This document shows, piece after piece, positions 1-9,082 of a stretch of 64,000 bases of DNA (positions are counted from its first letter, which is position 1; every line of letters begins with the position of its first letter). The translations under genes were made by a program, and so were the position numbers. Origin of the DNA: a virus (Duplodnaviria; Caudoviricetes). The DNA lies in the IMG/VR virus record IMGVR_UViG_2824987192_000002, positions 2,950 through 66,949 of that record; one strand, given 5' to 3'. Below the pieces are notes generated by a model. That model did not search any database. It worked only from the letters and a program-made list of their open reading frames with translations, and had not been told where the DNA came from.

Positions 1-1055
1 GCCGGTGGTGCGAGTTGAAGATCAACGAGTGGAGTATTGAGCGTTACAGCCAAACCTTGAATATAGCCACGGAAGGCCGCCTGGTTGGCTGTTGCGCTGC
101 GCGGGTTCGGCACATTAAGGACCACGTCTCCGCTCAATCTGGCGGTATTGACAAGAGTCGTTACGTTTGCCTCGAACGTCGCCTGCGGTGTGGTCGGGTA
201 ATCGTTGATGCCGATATTCAGGATCATCAGATCCGGCTGCATGAACTGGATCATGTTCAGCGTGCGATAATTCGCTGTCGTCACCACCAAATCCGTAGAT
301 TTCGCCGATGCCCAACCGCAGTTATAGATGAGGAATTCCTTGTTCTGGCTGTCGTAGACCTCGACAGAGCTGACATAGATGTTCGTTCCAGAATTGCGCA
401 GGATTTCAACGGACGTGTGCGCCCCACGAGGAACCGTGATCGTAGCTCTTTGAGGTGTCCCGGTTACGCCGCCGCCGGCCGTGGGGGAGAAACTGCCAAC
501 AGCAACCGCACCGCCATCGATGAAAACAGAGCAGTTCCCAGCGGCGATGTTGATGTAGACGATCTCGATCGTATCCCACGTGCCTGAGAACGTCTTCACC
601 CACCGATCTACTGTGGTGCTTCCGGCGCGGATCAAGCCGGCGCCGATAGATGATGCAGTCTGAATAGCCCACCCCACACCAGAACCGAAAGAATTTCGTG
701 TGTCGTATGCGGTATAAGCAGACAGCGAAGCGCTGTTCCCATCACCCATAGAGCATGATCGAGCAGGAAGCCCATGGCTGGTCAGATAAGCTGCTAGATC
801 AGCAGGGTAAGAAAGAGGAAAGGCACCATCAAGCGTACCGTTGGTCAGGGCGCCAAAACCTGCCGTGGTAGAGTCTCCTATGTTTAAGGCGCGGCCGAAC
901 CGGGTTCCAGCCAATACCGCAGCGCGAGCAGCCTTGTACTTCGCCATATTGTTGACCCCACCGCCCCGAGCAAGGGCGAATCCCTGCGGTCCAAGAGAAG
1001 AAATCGCGGTATTAGGGCCGCGCAGCGATGTAAGTTTGGTATCGATACCGACCAT
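1..1055 (-). CDS. SGNH/GDSL hydrolase-family protein, runs off left edge (absent from ORF track)
   Basis: Manual translation from ATG 1055 (MVGIDTKL...) gives block I NIGDSTTAG, block II YNCGWAS, block III LNIGINDY; upstream AAGGGAAG. Confidence 0.8.
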   Translation of the reverse strand, partial: MVGIDTKLTSLRGPNTAISSLGPQGFALARGGGVNNMAKYKAARAAVLAGTRFGRALNIGDSTTAGFGALTNGTLDGAFPLSYPADLAAYLTSHGLPARSCSMGDGNSASLSAYTAYDTRNSFGSGVGWAIQTASSIGAGLIRAGSTTVDRWVKTFSGTWDTIEIVYINIAAGNCSVFIDGGAVAVGSFSPTAGGGVTGTPQRATITVPRGAHTSVEILRNSGTNIYVSSVEVYDSQNKEFLIYNCGWASAKSTDLVVTTANYRTLNMIQFMQPDLMILNIGINDYPTTPQATFEANVTTLVNTARLSGDVVLNVPNPRSATANQAAFRGYIQGLAVTLNTPLVDLQLAPP

Positions 1056-1067
1056 GCGCGTCTTCCC

Positions 1068-1391
1068 TTAAGCGGCGGAGGCGTTGACCTTGAAGCCTTC
1101 TTTGGCCGCGATATCGCGAAGCTCGTTGGCGGCTAGGTGCGCTCGTGCATTGTTTGCATTGGTTGAGACCGCCACTGTCGAGTCTGGCGCGATGCCGGCG
1201 GCGACATACACTTCAGCCGCAGTAGGAGCGCTGATGCGGAAGATCAGATTGCCATTGAACGGACCAACTGGGGCCGCTTGCGTGGTAGTTCCGGGGACAG
1301 CAATCGTCTCCGACCAGATGACCGAAAAGAGGGTCGAATTGCCGTAAACGATAGACGTACCGCATTCGACATGGACGCCGGTAAGGGCCAT
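1068..1391 (-). CDS. Hypothetical phage protein (beta-rich, possibly virion-associated)
   Basis: ORF with ACAGGAGA RBS, co-oriented with late operon. Confidence 0.7.
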   Translation of the reverse strand: MALTGVHVECGTSIVYGNSTLFSVIWSETIAVPGTTTQAAPVGPFNGNLIFRISAPTAAEVYVAAGIAPDSTVAVSTNANNARAHLAANELRDIAAKEGFKVNASAA

Positions 1392-1429
1392 GGTGGTATT
1401 CTCCTGTTGATGTTTGGGTTAGTTGGTGG

Positions 1430-1771
1430 TTAGTGAGTCGTTTCAGTCTTGGACAAGGCCGCCCCGTATTTCTTCCTGACGGAGTCGTAAAAAGCCCCAC
1501 ACAGCCCCGTACGCGCGTTTTGTGCTCTGGCCGCTGTCACCCACCGGACATAGATGCCAAACCACTCAGCGCCTTCCATTAAGCCGATTATGGGCATTTT
1601 CTCGCGACACTTTTCCGGAAGTTCAGGAAGCGCGACCGGAGCCTGCGCGATAGCCGCCTTAATTGCCGCACCCTGTCTCCGCTCATTGAGCGTTGAGCAC
1701 CCTGTTAATGCGCTCAATGTCATCGCGAGTAACAACCGACCCGCCACGGTTCTCCGAGATGGCTTTCTCAT
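1430..1771 (-). CDS. o-spanin (Rz1-like lipoprotein)
   Basis: Lipobox LTGC after basic/hydrophobic leader MRKPSRRTVAGRLLLAMTLSA; Pro-rich segment; overlaps i-spanin 3' end. Confidence 0.7.
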   Translation of the reverse strand: MRKPSRRTVAGRLLLAMTLSALTGCSTLNERRQGAAIKAAIAQAPVALPELPEKCREKMPIIGLMEGAEWFGIYVRWVTAARAQNARTGLCGAFYDSVRKKYGAALSKTETTH

Positions 1772-2048
1772 CTGCGGCTTGCCTCTTTTGGAAATCGATA
1801 TCGAGTTGTTCAGCGGCCTTGTCGGCCTGTTCCCGGATCTGTTGTCCGAGGTAGAGGTCATGCTGGAGCTTCTTCACGATGGCGTCGGAAGCGTCCTTTT
1901 CCGATTGGAGGACATAGCCCTTGAGAATCGCTTTATTGTGCTGATGCAGCCAGAGACGGAACGCGCCAACGATAGCCAGAACAAGCAGGATGGAGCCGAC
2001 AATCCGGAATACCCATTTGCCAAGAGGCGTAGCGAGGAAAGCGGGCAT
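1683..2048 (-). CDS. i-spanin (Rz-like)
   Basis: N-terminal TM (IVGSILLVLAIVGAF) then coiled coil; directly after endolysin. Confidence 0.7.
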   Translation of the reverse strand: MPAFLATPLGKWVFRIVGSILLVLAIVGAFRLWLHQHNKAILKGYVLQSEKDASDAIVKKLQHDLYLGQQIREQADKAAEQLDIDFQKRQAADEKAISENRGGSVVTRDDIERINRVLNAQ

Positions 2049-2647
2049 CAGAGGCCGCTCATGCACATCTCGCCATCCCCAATTCGGGAGGCGTCGCCCA
2101 TACCGCGGCGCTTGACCAGGCCGTCATATGTCCTGCCGCCCGACTTGATGTAGAGGGTGGCATAGCCGCAACTCGCCTTGTAGTCAGGCGTTTTCTTCAG
2201 CTTAACAGCCGTCTTGACGACTTGGATTGCTGTTGAATTGCACGTTGCGCCGGGGCCAATGTTCCACGACAGATCAAGCATCGCGCCGCGCCATCCAAGC
2301 GGGTGATTATCCCAATCTGGAACGCACGCAACGAGCTTCGGGCGGTAATCGCGCTCCATCTTGACGGCAACACGCTTGTCGCAACCTTCATTAGTTTCGA
2401 CTTGGCCCGGTTTTACATCTGTTGTATCGCCATCGCAGATCGTCCAGCGATCCGGATTCGGAAGCGTGTCGAGATAGGCGACAAGTCGGCGCCCCTCCCA
2501 AGGGCCGGTCAGGTACTTGATGGCAAGCGCGGTATCGTCATGGACTTTGTAGCCGGACGGCAGCGTAGCCCACCCGCCAACCGCCATTGCGACGATGGAG
2601 GCAATAGCTGCGGAAGCGCGCTTGCTGGGCACGAGCTTAATCGGCAT
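2048..2647 (-). CDS. GH24 lysozyme endolysin with SAR-like N-terminus
   Basis: WEG...AYLD...WTICDGDT, WNIG and GLVKRR motifs; weakly hydrophobic Ala-rich N-terminus. Confidence 0.9.
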   Translation of the reverse strand: MPIKLVPSKRASAAIASIVAMAVGGWATLPSGYKVHDDTALAIKYLTGPWEGRRLVAYLDTLPNPDRWTICDGDTTDVKPGQVETNEGCDKRVAVKMERDYRPKLVACVPDWDNHPLGWRGAMLDLSWNIGPGATCNSTAIQVVKTAVKLKKTPDYKASCGYATLYIKSGGRTYDGLVKRRGMGDASRIGDGEMCMSGL

Positions 2648-2849
2648 TGTCGTCTCCCTTGAGAGTGGGTTGGTGGATGACGTAGGCGAGCGGAGAGACC
2701 GCCAGGATGGCGATAGAGGCCCACTTCGGAATCCAGTCATCGATGTACGGAAGGAAGTACGGAGCGATACTCAGAAGCCCGGAACAGTAGACGCACCACA
2801 TCGAGTAGGAGCGCGCTAAGCGCCTACGCTTGTTCTTCACAAAGATCAT
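2637..2849 (-). CDS. Holin-like membrane protein
   Basis: 70 aa, two hydrophobic segments, immediately upstream of endolysin. Confidence 0.65.
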   Translation of the reverse strand: MIFVKNKRRRLARSYSMWCVYCSGLLSIAPYFLPYIDDWIPKWASIAILAVSPLAYVIHQPTLKGDDNAD

Positions 2850-2858
2850 GGGATCTGC

Positions 2859-3014
2859 CTATTTCCAACGCGATGCGCTAACGATATTCAACGCAATCTC
2901 CACCACTTCAGCGTGGGTGAGGTCGCAGAGCTTTTCGCCGCGGAACATGAGTTCGTAGAGGGTCTTGGTGCCGTTCTTGGAGACACGGACATATGCAGGG
3001 GGGAGATCGCTCAT
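2859..3014 (-). CDS. Small hypothetical protein
   Basis: ATGA-coupled to upstream ORF (MSDLPPAYV...). Confidence 0.5.
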   Translation of the reverse strand: MSDLPPAYVRVSKNGTKTLYELMFRGEKLCDLTHAEVVEIALNIVSASRWK

Positions 3015-3430
3015 GCGACGAATGCCCTCCTCGTTATCGGCTTCAGATGGATATGACGGCGGCTGTGCTCGCCCTCCCTGGTTTTCACCCATCGGGCAAT
3101 CTCCCGCCCATCGGCACCGATGAACGCCGAAACACCCTTGATCCGATGCCCGTCAGGCGGCTTGAACGTCGGCCCCTTCTCTGGCTTCTGCTCCACTGTT
3201 GTCCCGCGAGGTCCGGTCTGGATTCGGGTGACTTCGAAACCCGGCATGATGTCGGATTCGGATGCAGGAGAAAGAAACCCCCTCCTTGCGGCAACCTTCA
3301 GTTGGCTTTGTATCGTTGTCCTTGGCCGGTCGAGAGCCAATGCTGTCTGTACTTTGTTCATCCCGGTCGAAAGATAGACGGATACAAGTTCCGCCAACTC
3401 CTCATCAGAGAGCGGGGATGCAAAGGACAT
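3011..3430 (-). CDS. HTH protein, probably an internally deleted remnant of a phage HTH-metallophosphoesterase
   Basis: HTH-like NKVQTALALDRPRTTIQSQL and IKGVSAFIGADGREIARWVKTRE, then ends after about 20 aa. Confidence 0.5.
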   Translation of the reverse strand: MSFASPLSDEELAELVSVYLSTGMNKVQTALALDRPRTTIQSQLKVAARRGFLSPASESDIMPGFEVTRIQTGPRGTTVEQKPEKGPTFKPPDGHRIKGVSAFIGADGREIARWVKTREGEHSRRHIHLKPITRRAFVA

Positions 3431-3546
3431 GGGTCCACTTTCATTATTGCCGGGGAATTGTATTGACCCTCATCCAAGGGCGCGTGGGTTGCATCCTGGC
3501 TGCAGACTGCGTATGGAATGCAGAAACAACCGTGGGGGATGGTTCT

Positions 3547-4413
3547 TTGATAAATTCACTCAAGCGTGCCGTGCAGAAATCGATCAGTAACATCGGGATT
3601 GAAGTTCGGCGCCTGGAAGATCCGTATCGGCTTCATGTCTATGAAAAGCTGTTCGACAAGCAGACGCTTGCCCGTCGGCCGTTTTACAACATCGGCGCGG
3701 CAAACTTTAAGCACCCGTACTGGACGAGCGTCGATTACGATTCAGATTGGTACGGGCGAAACCGCGATATCGTGCATTACGACCTTATGGCGATAGAGCC
3801 TCTTCCGATCGGTGACGGACAGGCCCATATCATCTACACATCGCACACGATCGAGCATGTAACCGATAAGGCCGTGGCAAATCTATTCCGGGAAGCCTAC
3901 CGCGTTCTTGCACCTGGCGGGGTCTGCCGCGTCACTACCGGCCCCGATGCTGAAACCGACTATCGCGCCCTCATGGCTGGCGATGACGATTGGTTCTACT
4001 GGGATCAATGGTACGACAAGCCGGAAGCATACTCGTCATTCCTACGGGCTCCGGCGACCAGTGCCCCTCTCGAAGAGAGATGGCTGCACCATGTCGCTTC
4101 ACAGCTAGCTCCTAATCAGGTGGAAGACCACAAGAAGATCACGGCTGCTGAGGTGCGTGCGCTGTTTGCCGAGAAAGGCTTCGAAGGCACGCTCGACTAT
4201 CTTGCCAGCCTCGTCTCCTTCAATCCTCAGAAGCCAGGCAACCACGTCTCCTGGTGGACGCATGGCAAGGTTGAACGATTCCTGAGAGACGCCGGCTTCA
4301 CGACTGTTTACCGATCAGGATATAGACAGTCCGTTTCTCCACTTATGCGGCAATCAAACCTGTTCGATTCGACGCATCCACAAATGTCTATCTACGTGGA
4401 GGCGATCAAATGA
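3547..4413 (+). CDS. Class I SAM-dependent methyltransferase (moron, opposite strand)
   Basis: YNIGAAN motif I; PLPIGDGQAHIIYTSHTIEHV and YRVLAPGG motifs; TTG start after GGGGGA. Confidence 0.8.
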   Translation: MINSLKRAVQKSISNIGIEVRRLEDPYRLHVYEKLFDKQTLARRPFYNIGAANFKHPYWTSVDYDSDWYGRNRDIVHYDLMAIEPLPIGDGQAHIIYTSHTIEHVTDKAVANLFREAYRVLAPGGVCRVTTGPDAETDYRALMAGDDDWFYWDQWYDKPEAYSSFLRAPATSAPLEERWLHHVASQLAPNQVEDHKKITAAEVRALFAEKGFEGTLDYLASLVSFNPQKPGNHVSWWTHGKVERFLRDAGFTTVYRSGYRQSVSPLMRQSNLFDSTHPQMSIYVEAIK

Positions 4414-5233
4414 CGCCGAGCGCTTGGAGCGCCGCCTTGATGCCGGCGCACTGGATATCGTCGCCGGCGCGGCTCAGATGCATTCCGTCGATGTGGTTGG
4501 CGGCGGCAAGATTCCCGGTGCTGTCCACCAGTTGCTCCTTCAGCCCGACGAACTGGACTTGCGCGGGGCTGGTTGTCCACACATTCCGAACCTTCTGGTT
4601 TGCCATGTCAATCTTGGCATTCATGCCGGAATAATTGGCGCTGACATTGGCGCATAGAAGCGGCTCATCCACCGGCAGGATATCGCGGATCACCCATTTC
4701 CCGGTTGCTTGCGCGGCAAGCCCAGAATGCAGATAGGCCACGTTGTCGGTTATGACTGAAGCCGAATAAGGAGCGTACCCAGTGAAATTCGAAAGCTCAT
4801 TTATGCCGGATGCAAACACGACAGTGCCGGCTCTATGGACCAAGCCGCCCCGAGCCATTCTATTGATGCAGCGTCGTAGGCTTTCGCCACCGACACCGAA
4901 CGTCTGAACAAACTGGCTGATCTTCCCATCTACCATATCCTGAACAGTCGAGTCGCCCCATATGCCGATCGTGCCATCAGGGCAATGTGCCATGAGGCGA
5001 TCGTAGTAACCAAGTTCAACCGATGTAGGCTGCGTATCATTGGAGTAAAGGCTAAGCGGGAACGCCGGATAGTTTGCCCCTGTCGGCCATGTACCTGCCA
5101 GGCAGTCTATTCCGGTCGGGATAGTTGGATCAGTCGGCACACCTACAGGGATAGCATCAACCGCATCTGCTATCGTCTGGAGAGACAGTGCCACGGCGCG
5201 AATGGAATCACCTATTGCCGTCATCAATTCCAT
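4406..5233 (-). CDS. SGNH/GDSL esterase
   Basis: All four blocks: WGDST, GVGGES, SGINE, DGMH. Confidence 0.85.
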   Translation of the reverse strand: MELMTAIGDSIRAVALSLQTIADAVDAIPVGVPTDPTIPTGIDCLAGTWPTGANYPAFPLSLYSNDTQPTSVELGYYDRLMAHCPDGTIGIWGDSTVQDMVDGKISQFVQTFGVGGESLRRCINRMARGGLVHRAGTVVFASGINELSNFTGYAPYSASVITDNVAYLHSGLAAQATGKWVIRDILPVDEPLLCANVSANYSGMNAKIDMANQKVRNVWTTSPAQVQFVGLKEQLVDSTGNLAAANHIDGMHLSRAGDDIQCAGIKAALQALGVI

Positions 5234-7038
5234 CCATCAATTGGCGTTGAGAAGCGAAGAATTATCGGGTTTCCGGTTCCGAGCACTGATCCGGCAACCG
5301 GAGTAAGGCCGTCACGACCTGAAGCCGCAAAACTCAGATTTACGAGATTTGAGCCCCCAAGCCCCAAGACATAGATGCTTATTGCACCCGCCACCTGTAT
5401 TGCCCCGACCCCGACAACCGGTCGGAAGCCGTTCCAGAAGGTATCGCAGACGACACTTCCGTTGACGCCATTGAACCCCATTGTCATATCAAACGTCGTC
5501 CCGGTGACCGTCCCCGTCGCAAATGCCACCTCTACTTCCAGGTTGGCCCCGACACGCCTAGATCGGCATTTGACATTCGTAGCCGTGCCTATCCCGTTGA
5601 ATGTAGGCGTGTAGGATACCCACGGCGTCACAATGGGAGGAGGCGCAACGGCCCTTGTATAACTGACGCACCTCCATACGCCGGAACCTTCGAAAACGAA
5701 GACCGCCACATCGCCGGCAGCTGTTATGATATCTGCGCCCCCCGGCAGGATGATATTGGCGTTGTTCGTCAAGGTGGCGGCATCATCGAATGCCAGCGTG
5801 ACCGGGCTCGGCGTGCCGCTGATGGCGGTGATTATCGCGGTCCCGGTGACATGGAAGAAGTTCCCACCATTGCCGAGCACCAGAGTAGCGGCCGATGCAA
5901 TGGCTGTCCCCTCGCTCCATGCTTGGGCCGCTGTGAATGTGTTTACCGCAGATGTGGTGATCGCTCCGATATTTGCCGCTGCCGCTGCCGGGTTTGCCAC
6001 ATCGGAGAGATTGTTGGCTGCAGCGAGGCGCGAGGTATCGGATGGATGAACGTGATCAGCCCTCGCAAATCGCGTGGACACGCCAACAGCCCCCGTCCCG
6101 TCCATGACCGGCGTTGTGGACGAGGCCTGCGCGAGAACAAAGGCCGTTGAAGCAGCCTGCGTCGTATTCGTCCCTACGGAGGCCGTCGGCACAGTCGGTA
6201 TGCCGGTCAATGCCGGCGAAACGCTCAAAACAACGGACCCGGTTCCAGTTGATGTCGTCGTGCCGGTACCGCCCTGCGAAATGCTGAGTGCCGTCGTGAG
6301 CCCCGTCAGACTTGTGATATCGAAATTCACACCGGATGCCGCGGCGCCAATGTTTGTTCTCGCACTCGATGGATTAGAAACATCCGACAGGTTATTGTTT
6401 TTGTTGAGTGCGTTGACAATACGACTGTCGTCGCCAGCCGCGACTGTATTCACTCCAGTTCCGACCGGAAGGCGTGCATAGGCCACAGTTCCAGTCAATT
6501 GTCCGGCATCTATGCTCTTATTCGTCAGCGTCTGGGTGTCGGTCGTTCCAACAATCGCGCCAGCCGGAAGCGCCTTGCCGGAATCGGATAGTAGTTTTCC
6601 GGTCGTGTTGGAAAAGATCGGGATATCGCCGGCTACGGAAGACGCGGGGCCAACGACATCACCCTGATTCGTGATCACGACCTGAGATGCCGCAGTAACG
6701 CGCCCCGTTGCATCGATCGTCACACGGGAGACATGGGTTCCGTCACCATAAGTCCCGGCCACGACGCCATTTGTGGCAAGGCCTATGCTGATATCCGCGC
6801 CGGGGCCGCCATCACTCACGTTGATCTGGCCCGCAGCCCCTGCGAGGCGTCGTGAATTGGGAAGACCGACCGTGACCTGGGCAACAACATAGGGCTGCGT
6901 AACGCCGAGCGACGAAAGAGAATTGATCGACGTCTGCTGCGTCACATATCCAGGCCCGGTGTTCTTATCGATCGCGATAAGTTCCGTGCCGTCGAGAGAA
7001 GCGGCTGGCGGCAGTTCGTTGATTTCAATGTTCGCCAT
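5224..7038 (-). CDS. Tail fibre / receptor-binding protein
   Basis: Gly/Thr/Ala-rich; fibre motifs NNLSDV..ARTNIG (x2), SPALTGIPTVPTA..TTQAASTAFV, ARADHVHP, WVSYTPTF. Confidence 0.85.
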   Translation of the reverse strand: MANIEINELPPAASLDGTELIAIDKNTGPGYVTQQTSINSLSSLGVTQPYVVAQVTVGLPNSRRLAGAAGQINVSDGGPGADISIGLATNGVVAGTYGDGTHVSRVTIDATGRVTAASQVVITNQGDVVGPASSVAGDIPIFSNTTGKLLSDSGKALPAGAIVGTTDTQTLTNKSIDAGQLTGTVAYARLPVGTGVNTVAAGDDSRIVNALNKNNNLSDVSNPSSARTNIGAAASGVNFDITSLTGLTTALSISQGGTGTTTSTGTGSVVLSVSPALTGIPTVPTASVGTNTTQAASTAFVLAQASSTTPVMDGTGAVGVSTRFARADHVHPSDTSRLAAANNLSDVANPAAAAANIGAITTSAVNTFTAAQAWSEGTAIASAATLVLGNGGNFFHVTGTAIITAISGTPSPVTLAFDDAATLTNNANIILPGGADIITAAGDVAVFVFEGSGVWRCVSYTRAVAPPPIVTPWVSYTPTFNGIGTATNVKCRSRRVGANLEVEVAFATGTVTGTTFDMTMGFNGVNGSVVCDTFWNGFRPVVGVGAIQVAGAISIYVLGLGGSNLVNLSFAASGRDGLTPVAGSVLGTGNPIILRFSTPIDGWN

Positions 7039-7447
7039 CGGCGGTCTCCGGCGCGAGAAGTTCGTCGGCGCGTGCGGGCGGCAGACATGAGGCGAGCATC
7101 CGCTGCAGTGTCGGCCACAGAGCATCATTGGATTGGAGGTACGGAGCGGACTTGTAGATTTCCTGCAGTCGGATCGGCATTCTATCCATGGCGGCGCGGA
7201 CGATGGCCGCTTCCTCGTCCGTCATCCGCAACCACGGAGTCATCTTGGAGATGATGTAAAAATCCGGCGCGCCCGGTATGCCCGGTTCTGGATGTAGTGG
7301 CGCGTCCTTGATCTCTAGGCCGTTGCCGACTGAGACGGTCTTGCCTTCCTGCATCCCAGCGAGCGCAGCGCGATATTGCTCCGCCGAAATCGAAATGCCG
7401 CCATCGATCGGGTCTTCTGAGATAACGCCGTTAGCTGCATAGGGCAT
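7025..7447 (-). CDS. Tail-fibre assembly chaperone-like protein
   Basis: ISAEQYRAALAGMQEGKTV motif; between two fibre genes. Confidence 0.6.
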   Translation of the reverse strand: MPYAANGVISEDPIDGGISISAEQYRAALAGMQEGKTVSVGNGLEIKDAPLHPEPGIPGAPDFYIISKMTPWLRMTDEEAAIVRAAMDRMPIRLQEIYKSAPYLQSNDALWPTLQRMLASCLPPARADELLAPETADGEH

Positions 7448-8343
7448 TACTTGATCCTCATATAATAAGGCACAGCTTCGTTTTTCACACGCGTCTCAAT
7501 ACCCACGCGGGGTGTTCCGTTCGTTCCATCACTGACTGGGCCTCCCGTTGCAGCAAGGGCTGCTACGGTTGACCCGCCAACCAAAGCCGACCCGCCAGGG
7601 CCGCTTGTGATAAACCCAACTTGGCCTGACGGAGGGGCGTGTGCGTGTCCTTGGAATGCATCCATCTGGAGAGTACCGATCGGAAGGTTCGGTCGGGGGC
7701 TGCGGCCTTCCGTGTTCCATAAATTGATCGTCTGGCCGTTCATTGGGCTACCGGCTAACGAGACGACCGCCGTCGCAATCACCAGAGGCGCCGACCCGCT
7801 CACAGTTTCGCTCGTCAGAACGCCCGTATTGTAGGCATCCGCCGCGGTGAGCTTGACATAGCGATAGCCTTTGGTTGTCGGCGGTTCCGTGGCGCCTTTA
7901 TGGGTCATGATCGGGAACGGGACACCGATTGGCATAGCCCACCATGGGTCATTCGTTTCCTGAACCACGTCGGTGCCGTTAAGTACGAAGAACAGCGCAT
8001 CTCCTTGAGAAATGGCCACTGTCGCGCCACCGACTGCCGAAGTCTTCAGCGTGACGGTGAAGGCCCCTGTCGTTCCGTTGCGGACAAAGTAGGTTCGACC
8101 AATCTGCGGGAAGATGACGTTGACATTAGCGGACAGGGTACCGCTCAGGTCGATGAAATTGTTCTGCGACTGGGTGGTGGTGAGGGTGACATCGGCGCCA
8201 GCGAGCGGCAACGACAGGACACGCCCCATCGCGTTGTCCACGATGGAGAAGACGTTATTGTTTAAATTGTCTCCCCACGTCCCATTATCCTCGCCCGTCA
8301 CCTGCAATTCCAGGTGAAGGTTTGGGCTGAATGTAGATGCCAC
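7447..8343 (-). CDS. Tail fibre / collar-domain protein
   Basis: N-term GEDNGTWGDNLN; C-term collar-like IGTLQMDAFQGHAH...ETRVKNEAVPYYMRI. Confidence 0.8.
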   Translation of the reverse strand: MASTFSPNLHLELQVTGEDNGTWGDNLNNNVFSIVDNAMGRVLSLPLAGADVTLTTTQSQNNFIDLSGTLSANVNVIFPQIGRTYFVRNGTTGAFTVTLKTSAVGGATVAISQGDALFFVLNGTDVVQETNDPWWAMPIGVPFPIMTHKGATEPPTTKGYRYVKLTAADAYNTGVLTSETVSGSAPLVIATAVVSLAGSPMNGQTINLWNTEGRSPRPNLPIGTLQMDAFQGHAHAPPSGQVGFITSGPGGSALVGGSTVAALAATGGPVSDGTNGTPRVGIETRVKNEAVPYYMRIK

Positions 8344-8360
8344 TGGCCGGCCCTTTCATG

Positions 8361-8386
8361 AAAAAGGCGCCTCTTTCGGGGCGCCT
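8361..8386 (-). terminator. Intrinsic terminator after HNH gene
   Basis: AGGCGCCCC-GAAA-GAGGCGCC followed by TTTTT on minus strand. Confidence 0.75.
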
Positions 8387-8416
8387 GTAGGTCGTATAAA
8401 AATGGTATAGAGATGG

Positions 8417-9001
8417 TCAGCCAAGCCAAGCCCATCTCTTGCCGCTCTGGACGCGACTGATAACTGACTGGTCAACGCCAAATCGTTGTGCGATTTCCGC
8501 TTGCTTGGCTTTGCCGCACAAGGATCGAATCGTCTCCACGGCAGCCTCAGTTAACTTTGCATTTCCATGTTTGGTGCCGCGAGCACGCGTCCCGTGGATT
8601 AGTTGATCAGCCTTATTCTCTGTTGGTGTCTTCCAAGACAGGTGACGTTTAGTGGCGCACCCGAGATGACCTTTGCCGCATGAGTGAGCGGCTTCATGCG
8701 TTATAGATGGCGCCGGACCGCAGATTTTTTCACAGACAAAGCGGCTGACTAAAGCCGACTTTCCATCGATTCTAACCAATCCATAACCGGTCGATACGCG
8801 ACCGAAGGGCCAAATGAGGCATTCGTCGCCATTATACGAAAGAACGACATCATAAAGATACTTCTCTGGATCTCCAGGTGTGGTTTTACTGATATGCGGG
8901 TCACCGTATTTTCTCAGGCGTTGCCAATGCTTATTGCATAACCCGCGACCGTAATGTGGCTTGCCGCAATCAGGAATCGAGCATAAACGAGATTTAGCCA
9001 T
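8417..9001 (-). CDS. HNH homing-type endonuclease with N-terminal Zn motif and C-terminal HTH
   Basis: CSIPDC..GLCNKH, ECLIWPF..GYG, AAHSCGKGHLGC..HLSWKTPTENKAD, AKLT..IAQRFGV. Confidence 0.85.
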   Translation of the reverse strand: MAKSRLCSIPDCGKPHYGRGLCNKHWQRLRKYGDPHISKTTPGDPEKYLYDVVLSYNGDECLIWPFGRVSTGYGLVRIDGKSALVSRFVCEKICGPAPSITHEAAHSCGKGHLGCATKRHLSWKTPTENKADQLIHGTRARGTKHGNAKLTEAAVETIRSLCGKAKQAEIAQRFGVDQSVISRVQSGKRWAWLG

Positions 9002-9082
9002 TCTTCGAACCTCCTATGTTCGGGCTTGGTTAGAGCGCGTCGTGGGATTGCCGTCCCCGGCGCGTTCGCATTTGTATTACAT

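Noticed and set aside
15-587. 190-aa plus-strand ORF
   Set aside because: Codon-register shadow of the minus-strand SGNH gene, which has real motifs
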